A DNA stretch of 64,000 bases, from NCBI GenBank assembly GCA_044353665.1, contig JBILBN010000002.1:6263-70262 (forward strand), in the 5' to 3' direction. Within the stretch, counting starts at the first letter, position 1, and each line of letters starts with the position of its first letter. The position numbers and the translations under genes were made by a program. This document shows positions 52,695 through 61,669 of this stretch, piece by piece. This DNA comes from Chitinophagaceae bacterium (GTDB taxonomy: Bacteria; Bacteroidota; Bacteroidia; Chitinophagales; Chitinophagaceae). The notes beneath the pieces are model-generated. The model was not told the DNA's origin, did no database searches, and was given only the letters and a program-made list of their open reading frames with translations.

Positions 52695-54677
52695 ATGAAT
52701 TTTCAACGCAAAAATTTATCCAACGAAGAATTAATTTCTATTTATAAGGAACTGCTGTTACCTCGTATGATAGAAGAAAAAATGTTAATCCTTTTACGTC
52801 AAGGTAGAATTAGCAAATGGTTTAGTGGAATTGGTCAAGAAGCAGTGGCAGTGGGTGCTACCCTAGCCTTAGATGCCGATGAATACATAATGCCTATGCA
52901 TAGAAACCTGGGCGTTTTTACAGGTCGTAAAATGCCATTAGACAAACTATTTATGCAATGGCAAGGACGAAAAGAAGGCTACAGTAAAGGCCGTGAGCGT
53001 AGCTTTCATTTCGGTAGCAATGAGCATCATATTTGTGGAATGATATCTCACCTTGGTCCGCAATTGGCTATTGCCGATGGAATTGCCTTAGCGCACAAAT
53101 TACGAAATGAAGAAAAAGTTTCTTTGGCTTTTACTGGAGATGGTGCCACAAGCGAAGGCGATTTTCATGAAGCATTAAACGTGGCTGCTGTTTGGAAGCT
53201 TCCTGTTATTTTTATTGTTGAAAATAATGGTTATGGCTTAAGCACGCCCAGCGATGAACAATTTATTTGCAAACAAATTGCCGACAAAGGCATTGGCTAT
53301 GGCATGAAAGCCATTACCATCGATGGAAATAACATTTTAGAAGTTTACCAAGCCGTTAAAGATGCTCGTCAATATTGCATTACAGCGCAAAAACCAATCA
53401 TGATAGAATGTATGACATTCCGAATGAGAGGACATGAAGAAGCCAGTGGTGTTAAGTATGTACCTAAAGAACTGTTTGAAATTTGGGGCAAAAAAGATCC
53501 CCTTACGAATTACGAAAACTTTTTATTAAACGAAAAAATTATCAGTACACAAAGTATCCAAAACCTTCGCGATGAATTTAAAATTTACATCGACGAAAGT
53601 CTTGAAAGAGGTTTTGCAGTTACAAACATTACACCCGATACCCAAGAAGAAATTAATGATGTTTATGCACCTCATATTGCGCTTCAAAATTCTCCTTTAG
53701 AAGGTAGGCCAGTAAAAGAGCTTAAACTTATTCAAGCCATTACCGAGGGTATTTATGAAGCCATGAACCGATTCCCTAATTTAGTTTTAATGGGACAAGA
53801 CATTGCCGAATATGGTGGTGCATTTAAAGTAACAGAAGGGATGCTCGAAAAATATGGCAAAGAACGAGTTCGAAATACACCTCTTTGCGAAAGTGCCATT
53901 GTAGGCTCCGCTTTAGGGCTTTCCATCAAAGGATTTAAATCCATGATGGAAATGCAATTCTCCGATTTTGTAACCGTTGGTTTCAATCAAATCATTAATA
54001 ATTTAGCTAAAATATATTACCGTTGGGGACAAAACGCCGATGTGGTCATTCGTATGCCAACCGGTGGAGGCGTTGGCGCAGGGCCCTTTCACAGCCAATC
54101 TACCGAGGCATGGTTTACCCATACCCCTGGTTTAAAAGTAGTCTATCCATCCACACCCGAAGATGCAAAAGGACTCATGATAGCCTCTTTTGAAGACCCT
54201 AACCCCATTCTCTTTTACGAACACAAAGCACTTTACAGAGCCATCAGTGGTCCTGTGCCAGAAGGTTATTATACCATTGAAATTGGTAAAGCCAAAACCG
54301 TTCAACAAGGCGACGACATTTCCATTATTACCTACGGAAGTGGAGTGCATTGGGCTATTGAATATGCCAAAAACCATCCTGAATTATCCATCGAAATTTT
54401 AGATTTACGAACACTCCTGCCATTGGATTATACCGCTATAAAAACGTGCGCAATGAACACAGGCAAAGTGCTAATCCTTCATGAAGATTCTTTAATAGGT
54501 GGTTTGGGAGGCGAAATTTCAGCATGGATAACCGAAAACTGTTTTCAACATTTAGACGCACCTGTTATTCGTTGTGCAAGTTTAGATACTCCAATTCCAT
54601 TTGCCATTGAGCTCGAAGAAAACTACATGGCAAAAAGCAGGCTACACGAATGCATTCAAAAATTAGTGAACTACTAA
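52695..54677 (+). CDS. 2-oxoacid (branched-chain alpha-keto acid type) dehydrogenase E1 component, fused alpha/beta subunits
   Basis: 660 aa. The N-terminal half has the TPP motif (GDGATSEGDFHEALN...NNGYG). The C-terminal half is transketolase-pyrimidine-like beta (...NTPLCESAIVG...FSDF...). Confidence 0.9.
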   Translation: MNFQRKNLSNEELISIYKELLLPRMIEEKMLILLRQGRISKWFSGIGQEAVAVGATLALDADEYIMPMHRNLGVFTGRKMPLDKLFMQWQGRKEGYSKGRERSFHFGSNEHHICGMISHLGPQLAIADGIALAHKLRNEEKVSLAFTGDGATSEGDFHEALNVAAVWKLPVIFIVENNGYGLSTPSDEQFICKQIADKGIGYGMKAITIDGNNILEVYQAVKDARQYCITAQKPIMIECMTFRMRGHEEASGVKYVPKELFEIWGKKDPLTNYENFLLNEKIISTQSIQNLRDEFKIYIDESLERGFAVTNITPDTQEEINDVYAPHIALQNSPLEGRPVKELKLIQAITEGIYEAMNRFPNLVLMGQDIAEYGGAFKVTEGMLEKYGKERVRNTPLCESAIVGSALGLSIKGFKSMMEMQFSDFVTVGFNQIINNLAKIYYRWGQNADVVIRMPTGGGVGAGPFHSQSTEAWFTHTPGLKVVYPSTPEDAKGLMIASFEDPNPILFYEHKALYRAISGPVPEGYYTIEIGKAKTVQQGDDISIITYGSGVHWAIEYAKNHPELSIEILDLRTLLPLDYTAIKTCAMNTGKVLILHEDSLIGGLGGEISAWITENCFQHLDAPVIRCASLDTPIPFAIELEENYMAKSRLHECIQKLVNY

Positions 54678-54713
54678 TTTTACTAGATACGCAGCGTATA
54701 TAAAACATAAATA

Positions 54714-54747
54714 AAAACTCCACCAATGAACGAATTGGTGGAGTTTT
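54714..54747 (+). terminator. Rho-independent terminator after the E1 gene
   Basis: AAAACTCCACCAAT-gaacga-ATTGGTGGAGTTTT. Confidence 0.85.
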
Positions 54748-54775
54748 GTTATGGATTAAAATGGAAATAAATGAT

Positions 54776-54889
54776 AAAAAAAATGCCCCGAATTGAAAGA
54801 CGAGGCGGCTTAAATGTTTTCACAACGGAATAATCCTTATTGTGAAAAGGTTTCTAAATGTGATACAAAAGTAGAGGACAATTGATAAC
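54776..54889 (-). ncRNA. Predicted tracrRNA (type II-C), divergent from cas9
   Basis: The minus strand carries a 23-nt anti-repeat ACATTTAGAAACCTTTTCACAAT (54861 to 54839). It is followed by the nexus-like AAGGATTATTCCGTT, then a GCCTCG-N10-CGGGGC hairpin and a T8 run. The 5' end is inferred from the promoter box and is approximate. Confidence 0.75.
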
Positions 54890-54893
54890 CCAC

Positions 54894-54901
54894 CAAATTT
54901 A
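54894..54901 (-). promoter_or_regulatory. Candidate -7 promoter box TAAATTTG for tracrRNA
   Basis: The minus strand reads TAAATTTG (TAnnTTTG), about 30 nt upstream of the anti-repeat. A TTTA element lies 19 nt further upstream. Confidence 0.45.
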
Positions 54902-54979
54902 TTTTTTAAATTTACAATGTAAACTGGTTACGTACTCACAAAATACTTTTACATTTACAATTAGTAAAAATAATTAATT

Positions 54980-57900
54980 ATGAAAAAAATATTAGGATTA
55001 GATTTAGGTACAAATTCAATTGGGTGGGCAATTATTGACCAAGATTTTGAGAACAAACATGGTTTTATACATGGTATTGGTAGTAGAATTATTCCAATGA
55101 CACAAGATGTTTTAGGTAAATTTGATAGTGGCGTTTCTATTTCTCAAACGGCTGAACGAACTGGGTATAGAGGTGTAAGAAGATTAAGAGAACGTCATTT
55201 GTTACGAAGAGAAAGATTACATAGAGTATTGAATTTATTAAATTTCTTACCTCCATTTTATGCTTCTCAAATAGATTTTAAAAAAAGATTAGGTCAATTT
55301 AAAAGTAATACAGAACCTAAATTAGTTTATAATGAAACCAATCAATTTATTTTCAAAAATTCTTTTAATGAAATGGTAGTTGAATTTAAAAAAACACAAC
55401 CTCATTTATTTGAAAATGATAAACTTATACCTTACGATTGGACTATTTATTATTTAAGAAAAAAAGCACTAACTGAAAAAATCGAAAAAGAGGAATTGGC
55501 TTGGTTGCTTTTAAACTTTAATCAAAAACGTGGATATTTTCAATTACGAGGAGAAGAGGAAGAAGAAACCCCTAATAAAAAAGTAGAATTTCATTCATTG
55601 AAAGTTGTAGATGTTACTGCTGATGAACCACAAAAAGGAAAAACAGATATTTGGTATAATGTAATTTTAGAAAATAGCTGGATATATAGACGAGCAAGTA
55701 AATTTCCATTGTTTGATTGGATTGCCAAAACAAAAGAATTTGTGGTTACAACAGATTTAAATGATGATGGATCTGAAAAAACAGATAAAGATGGTAAAAT
55801 AAAACGTTCGTTTAGAGCGCCAGCAGAAACAGACTGGACTTTAGTAAAAACTAAAACTGAGCAAACTATTTACAAATCTGGCAAAACAGTTGGACAATAT
55901 ATTTATGATACTCTTTTAGAAAACCCAACACAAAAAATAAATGGAAAATTAGTTCGTGTTATTGAACGTAAGTTTTACAAAAACGAATTAGAACAAATAT
56001 TGAAAACACAACAACAGTTTCATACCGAATTAAAAAATGCAGAGTTATATAATACCTGTATTGAAGAATTATACGAACAAAATGAAGCACACAGAAACAA
56101 TATATCCAAGAGAGATTTTGTTCATCTATTTTTAAACGATATTATTTTTTATCAACGTCCATTAAAAAGTAAAAAGTCACTAATTAGTGATTGTAAATTT
56201 GAGAGCCGGAGGTTTATTAAAGATGGTTTAACACAAAATGAAGCTTTAAAATGCATTTCAAAATCGCACCCATTATTTCAAGAATTTAGACTTTGGCAAT
56301 GGATTCAAAATTTACATATTTTTGAAAAAGAAAACAATGATATCCCTATAACTGAACAGTTTCTAAATTCAGAAGATGACAAAGTAAAACTATTTGAATT
56401 TTTAAATGATAAAAAAGAAATAGAACAAGAAGGTTTAATTAAATTTTTACTTACTCCTTTAAAATTAAAACCCAAAGAACTAAAAATTGAAGTTGCTAAA
56501 TATCGTTGGAATTTTGTAGAAGACAAAGCCTACCCATGCAATGAAACAAGAGCGCTAATGATTACAAAATTAAGCAAATGCAATATTATTGCTACTGATT
56601 TTTTAAGTAAAGAAATTGAAGAAGCATTATGGCATATTTTATATTCTGTAAACGATAAAGAAGAAGTAAAATCAGCTTTAGAAAAGTTTGCATTAAAGCA
56701 TCAATTAGGAAATGATTTTGTGGAGCAATTTATGAAATATCCTCCCTACAAAAATGAATATGGAAGTTATTCAGCTAAAGCTATAAAAAAATTATTACCT
56801 CTAATGCGTATGGGTAAATATTGGAATGAAGAAACCATACACCCACAAACAAAAAGTAGAATTGAAAAAATAATTAATGGAGAATTTGATGAATCTATAA
56901 AAGACAGAGTACGAAACAAAGCCTTTAAACTTAATGAAATTAATCATTTTAGAGCTTTGCCCCTTTGGCTAGTTAGTTACATAGTGTATGATCGTCATGC
57001 AGAAGATAGTAATATAGAAAAATGGAAAACACCTGAAGATGTGGAAGATTATTTAAAATCATTTAAACAACATTCTTTACGAAATCCAATTGTAGAACAA
57101 GTAATAACCGAAACCTTACGTGTAGTTAAAGACATTTGGAAACATTATGGTAATGGCAAAGAAAACTTCTTTGATGAAATACATATTGAGCTGGGTAGAG
57201 AAATGAAAAATCCAGCTGATAAACGTAAGAAAATGACTGAAAACATTACCACTAACGAGAATACTAATTTACGTATTAAAGCCTTGTTAGCTGAAATGAT
57301 AAATTATAAAGAGGTTGAAAATGTTAGACCTTACTCACCTACTCAAGTAGAAATATTAAAAATTTATGAAGATGGTGTTTTAAATTCTGGTATAGAAATA
57401 GAAGACGATATTTTAAAAATTAGCAAAACTGCACAGCCAAGTAAAGCTGATTTATTGCGTTATAAATTATGGTTAGAGCAAAAATATCGTTCTCCTTATA
57501 CAGGAGAAATAATTCCATTAAATAAATTGTTTACCCCTGCTTACGAAATAGAACATATTATTCCTCAAAGTAGATATTTTGATGATTCATTCAGTAATAA
57601 AGTAATTTGTGAAAGTGAAGTCAACAAGGACAAAGACAATCTTTTAGCCTTTGAATATATTACTGCTAATGAAGGTAAAAAAATTGAATTGAGTGGAGGT
57701 AAATTTACTACCCTTTTTACAGCTGAACAGTTTGAACATTTCATCAAAAACAATTATGCTAAAAACTATAGTAAAGGGAAAAAATTGATGTTGTTGGAGA
57801 TTCCTGAAAAGATGATTGAACGACAAATGAATGACACCAGATATATTAGCAAAGAAGTAAAAAATCTTTTATCCAAAGTTGTACGTCTACAACAAAATGA

Positions 57901-59332
57901 TGAAGGCACAACAGCTAATAATCTTTTAAGCACTAACGGACAAATAACCACAGCATTAAAACAAGATTGGGGATTAAACGAAATTTGGAATGAATTAATT
58001 GCTCCTCGTTTTGTACGATTAAATGAAATGACCAACTCTAAAAACTATGGCGATATAAACCCTAATACCAATAAATTTTTGCCTACAGTACCATTAGAAC
58101 AACAAAAAGGATTTAATAAAAAACGGATCGACCACAGACATCATGCATTAGATGCTTTAGTGATTGCTTGTGCATCTCGAAACCACATTAATTATTTAAA
58201 CAACCAAAATGCGTTGGATAAAGACAAAAAGAAAGGTAAAGAAACAAGAGAAGATTTAAAACGAACCTTATGCATCAAAAAATATAATGCAGATTCAGAA
58301 AAAAATTATCGGTGGGTATTTAAGCAACCTTGGGAAACATTTATAAAAGATGCAAAAGATTCTTTAGATACTACTATTATCAGCTTCAAACAGAACTTAC
58401 GCGTTATTAATAAAACCGTTAATAAGTATCAACATTGGGAAAACGTACATGGCAAAATGGAAAAAGTTATTGCCATACAAACCAAAGGCGATAGTTGGGC
58501 CATACGAAAACCATTACATAAAGATACTGTATCAGGCATAATAAATTTACCACGAATAAAAGTAGCAAAAGATAAAATATTGACAGCAACAAGAAAAAAT
58601 TTGGATACAAGTTTTGATTTAAAAACGATTGCAAGTATTACCGATACCGGTATTCAAAAAATACTGACCAATTATTTAAAACTAAAAGAGAACAACCCAG
58701 AAATTGCCTTTACCACAGAAGGCATTGAAGAAATGAATAACAACATTTTAAACTATAATGATGGTAAAACCCACAAGCCTATTTTTAAAGTAAGGGTGTT
58801 TGAACAGGGTAGTAAGTTTGTTGTAGGGCATCATGGCAATAAAAAAGATAAATTCGTAGAAGGGGCAAAAGGCACCAACTTATTTTTTGCTATTTATAAA
58901 GACGATAAAGGAAAAAGAAACTACACAACTATACCTTTTAACGAAGTGGTGGAAAGCCAAAAACAAAGTGCTGCTTTAAAACAAAAACCTCAAAGCGTAC
59001 CTCTTAAAAACAATAAAGGCGATGATTTGGTTTTTCATCTTTCTCCAAACGATTTGGTTTATGTACCAACACAAGATGAAATAGAAAACCCAAGTATAGT
59101 TGACTTTAATAAATTGAATAAAGAGCAAGTAAATAGAATTTATAAATGTGTTAGTTTTAGTGGGATTCAATGTTTTTTTATTAAAAGTGAGGTTGCCACT
59201 TCAATTGTAAATAAAGTTGAATATACTTCATTAAATAAAATAGAAAATGCAATTGACGGAACTCAAATAAAAGCCTGTTGTTGGAAACTTGAAATAGATA
59301 GGTTAGGTAATATTAATAACTTTATTAACTAA
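54980..59332 (+). CDS. cas9: Cas9 endonuclease, type II-C (large Bacteroidota clade)
   Basis: 1450 aa. RuvC-I motif ILGLDLGTNSIGWA. Arg-rich bridge helix RGVRRLRERHLLRRERL. HNH motif YEIEHIIPQSRYFDDSFSNKVICESEVNKDKDN. RuvC-III motif DHRHHALDALVIA. No csn2 or cas4 in the locus. Confidence 0.97.
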   Translation: MKKILGLDLGTNSIGWAIIDQDFENKHGFIHGIGSRIIPMTQDVLGKFDSGVSISQTAERTGYRGVRRLRERHLLRRERLHRVLNLLNFLPPFYASQIDFKKRLGQFKSNTEPKLVYNETNQFIFKNSFNEMVVEFKKTQPHLFENDKLIPYDWTIYYLRKKALTEKIEKEELAWLLLNFNQKRGYFQLRGEEEEETPNKKVEFHSLKVVDVTADEPQKGKTDIWYNVILENSWIYRRASKFPLFDWIAKTKEFVVTTDLNDDGSEKTDKDGKIKRSFRAPAETDWTLVKTKTEQTIYKSGKTVGQYIYDTLLENPTQKINGKLVRVIERKFYKNELEQILKTQQQFHTELKNAELYNTCIEELYEQNEAHRNNISKRDFVHLFLNDIIFYQRPLKSKKSLISDCKFESRRFIKDGLTQNEALKCISKSHPLFQEFRLWQWIQNLHIFEKENNDIPITEQFLNSEDDKVKLFEFLNDKKEIEQEGLIKFLLTPLKLKPKELKIEVAKYRWNFVEDKAYPCNETRALMITKLSKCNIIATDFLSKEIEEALWHILYSVNDKEEVKSALEKFALKHQLGNDFVEQFMKYPPYKNEYGSYSAKAIKKLLPLMRMGKYWNEETIHPQTKSRIEKIINGEFDESIKDRVRNKAFKLNEINHFRALPLWLVSYIVYDRHAEDSNIEKWKTPEDVEDYLKSFKQHSLRNPIVEQVITETLRVVKDIWKHYGNGKENFFDEIHIELGREMKNPADKRKKMTENITTNENTNLRIKALLAEMINYKEVENVRPYSPTQVEILKIYEDGVLNSGIEIEDDILKISKTAQPSKADLLRYKLWLEQKYRSPYTGEIIPLNKLFTPAYEIEHIIPQSRYFDDSFSNKVICESEVNKDKDNLLAFEYITANEGKKIELSGGKFTTLFTAEQFEHFIKNNYAKNYSKGKKLMLLEIPEKMIERQMNDTRYISKEVKNLLSKVVRLQQNDEGTTANNLLSTNGQITTALKQDWGLNEIWNELIAPRFVRLNEMTNSKNYGDINPNTNKFLPTVPLEQQKGFNKKRIDHRHHALDALVIACASRNHINYLNNQNALDKDKKKGKETREDLKRTLCIKKYNADSEKNYRWVFKQPWETFIKDAKDSLDTTIISFKQNLRVINKTVNKYQHWENVHGKMEKVIAIQTKGDSWAIRKPLHKDTVSGIINLPRIKVAKDKILTATRKNLDTSFDLKTIASITDTGIQKILTNYLKLKENNPEIAFTTEGIEEMNNNILNYNDGKTHKPIFKVRVFEQGSKFVVGHHGNKKDKFVEGAKGTNLFFAIYKDDKGKRNYTTIPFNEVVESQKQSAALKQKPQSVPLKNNKGDDLVFHLSPNDLVYVPTQDEIENPSIVDFNKLNKEQVNRIYKCVSFSGIQCFFIKSEVATSIVNKVEYTSLNKIENAIDGTQIKACCWKLEIDRLGNINNFIN

Positions 59333-59344
59333 ACCTCAAGTTAT

Positions 59345-59380
59345 TACACCTTCAAGGTTTCTAAAAACCTTGAAGGTGTA
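59345..59380. repeat. REP-like perfect hairpin (16-bp stem, loop CTAA) 13 nt after the cas9 stop
   Basis: TACACCTTCAAGGTTT-ctaa-AAACCTTGAAGGTGTA. Probably also acts as the cas9 terminator. Confidence 0.85.
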
Positions 59381-59398
59381 AAAAGCATATCAATAATC

Positions 59399-60043
59399 AT
59401 GTTACATACTGAACACATATATCACATTTACAATCATGCCAATGGCAACGAAAACTTATTTCGTACAGATGAGAATTATCGTTTTTTTTTAGAACAATAT
59501 GCTTTTTATATTACTCAAATAGCTGATACATTTTGCTATTGCTTAATGCCTAATCACTTTCATTTACTGATTAAAATTAAATCTAACTCTGAAATAAAAT
59601 TATTACCCAGTTTTGAAAAACATTATTCCATTTCATTCAAAAACCTTCAAGGTTTTAAAAACCTTGAAGGTCTTCAACAAGAATTAATCATTTCAAAATT
59701 CGTTTCTCAGCAATTTAGCAATTTATTTAATTCATATTCAAAATCTTATAATAAAATGTACGAACGCAAAGGTTCTCTTTTTATGCCAAGGTTTAAATAT
59801 AAATTGATTGAAAACGAAAACTATTACTCAAAAGTCATTCATTATATTCATGCAAATCCTATTCATCATAATTTTGTTACAAAGTTAGAAGATTGGAAAT
59901 GGTCTTCATATATTAGTTATCTAAGTACTAAAAAAACAAAACTTGCCAAAGATGATGTAATTGGTTGGTTTGGAAATTTAGATGATTTTAAAAAAGCACA
60001 TTCTTTAAACTATGATGTTGATTTAGAAAAATTATTAGAATAA
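59399..60043 (+). CDS. REP-associated tyrosine transposase-like protein (RayT / IS200-like Y1 HUH family, COG1943)
   Basis: 214 aa. HUH motif in YCLMPNHFHLLIK and catalytic-Tyr motif in VIHYIHANPIHHNFV. Flanked by palindromes of a single family. Confidence 0.85.
   Translation: MLHTEHIYHIYNHANGNENLFRTDENYRFFLEQYAFYITQIADTFCYCLMPNHFHLLIKIKSNSEIKLLPSFEKHYSISFKNLQGFKNLEGLQQELIISKFVSQQFSNLFNSYSKSYNKMYERKGSLFMPRFKYKLIENENYYSKVIHYIHANPIHHNFVTKLEDWKWSSYISYLSTKKTKLAKDDVIGWFGNLDDFKKAHSLNYDVDLEKLLE
59643..59671. repeat. REP-like palindrome embedded in-frame in the RayT-like ORF
   Basis: ACCTTCAAGGTTTT-a-AAAACCTTGAAGGT. Translated as ...FKNLQGFKNLEGL... Confidence 0.8.
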
Positions 60044-60064
60044 TATTTTTTTAATTACAATCTG

Positions 60065-60116
60065 TAACCTTTAAGATTTCTATTTTATTTTATCTCTTGT
60101 TAAACCTTGAAGGTTT
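60065..60116. repeat. Degenerate REP-like element downstream of the RayT-like gene
   Basis: Right arm AAACCTTGAAGGTTTTTT (60102-60119) is intact. A degenerate left arm TAACCTTTAAGATTTC lies about 25 nt upstream. Confidence 0.5.
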
Positions 60117-60173
60117 TTTATTACCGTTATCATATTTTTTGTGTAAATTTATTTATTCAAAAAACAATTCGCT

Positions 60174-61076
60174 ATGATAAAGCGTACACTCTATTTTGGA
60201 AATCCTGCCTACTTAAGCACCCATTTTGACCAAGTGGTAATTAAATTGCCCGATACCGACGAAAAAAAAACCGTTCCCATTGAAGACACTGGCATCGTGA
60301 TATTAGACCATCAACAAATAACGATTAGTCAGGCGTTGATAGCAAAATTATTAGAAAATAATATTGCTATAATTACGTGCGACAGCACCCACCACCCTAC
60401 TGGCTTAATGCTTAACTTGGATGGACATACCTTGCAAAGCCAAAAGTTTCAAGCGCAAATTGAAGCCAGTAAACCGTTGCTAAAACAATTGTGGCAACAA
60501 ACTATCATGGCTAAAATTGAAAACCAAGCCAATTTATTAGCTTCACAACATATAGAAATTGGAAATATGAAACGGTGGATGCAAGAAGTAAAAAGTGGTG
60601 ATACCTCAAACCAAGAAGCCCGAGCCGCTGTTTATTATTGGAGCAAATTATTTATGCAGTTTCCAAATTTTACAAGAGACCGATATGGCGAACCTCCCAA
60701 CAATTTATTGAATTATGGCTATGCCATTTTAAGAGCCATTGTTGCAAGATGTTTGGTAGGAAGTGGTTTATTGCCCACATTAGGCATATTTCATAAAAAC
60801 CAATATAATGCCTATTGCTTAGCCGATGATATTATGGAACCCTACAGACCTTTTGTAGATAAATTAGTGCTTAGTATTATTGACAAAAACGGACATTTTA
60901 TTGAATTAGGTACAACCCTTAAAAAGGAATTGTTACAAATACCGACCTTGGATGTAGAAATAGATGGACAAAAAAGTCCTTTATTAATTGCAGTGCAACG
61001 TACCACTGCCAGCCTAGCTAAATGTTATGGTGGTGAATTACGAAAAATACTTTACCCCACTTTGAATGCCATTTAA
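60174..61076 (+). CDS. cas1: CRISPR-associated endonuclease Cas1 (type II)
   Basis: 300 aa. Contains MIKRTLYFGNPAYLS...NNLLNYGYAILRA...LGIFHKN.YNAY.LADD.MEPYRP. Confidence 0.96.
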   Translation: MIKRTLYFGNPAYLSTHFDQVVIKLPDTDEKKTVPIEDTGIVILDHQQITISQALIAKLLENNIAIITCDSTHHPTGLMLNLDGHTLQSQKFQAQIEASKPLLKQLWQQTIMAKIENQANLLASQHIEIGNMKRWMQEVKSGDTSNQEARAAVYYWSKLFMQFPNFTRDRYGEPPNNLLNYGYAILRAIVARCLVGSGLLPTLGIFHKNQYNAYCLADDIMEPYRPFVDKLVLSIIDKNGHFIELGTTLKKELLQIPTLDVEIDGQKSPLLIAVQRTTASLAKCYGGELRKILYPTLNAI

Positions 61077-61115
61077 TAAAAATCTAAATCCAGAAAAATA
61101 ATATCAAAACAATTC

Positions 61116-61486
<371 letters not shown>

Positions 61487-61513
61487 AATACTATTTTTTA
61501 TTTTTTTACTCCA

Positions 61514-61547
61514 AATCCTTCAAGGTTTTTAGAAACCTTGAAGGATT
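61514..61547. repeat. REP-like perfect hairpin (15-bp stem, loop TTAG) after cas2, inverse orientation of the 59345 copy
   Basis: AATCCTTCAAGGTTT-ttag-AAACCTTGAAGGATT. Confidence 0.85.
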
Positions 61548-61593
61548 GAAGTAGGAATTAGCATTTAAAAAACAACAACTCAATGAGTCCTAA

Positions 61594-61632
61594 AACAAAA
61601 AAAGGAAATAGATTTTTATTTCTATTTCCTTT
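61594..61632 (-). terminator. Rho-independent terminator for a minus-strand transcript leaving the CRISPR array
   Basis: The minus strand reads AAAGGAAATAG-N10-CTATTTCCTTT followed by TTTTGTTTT. The plus-strand reading has no comparable U-run. Confidence 0.65.
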
Positions 61633-61669
61633 CCTAAATCTTTGACTTTCAATGACATGTACAGACTAT

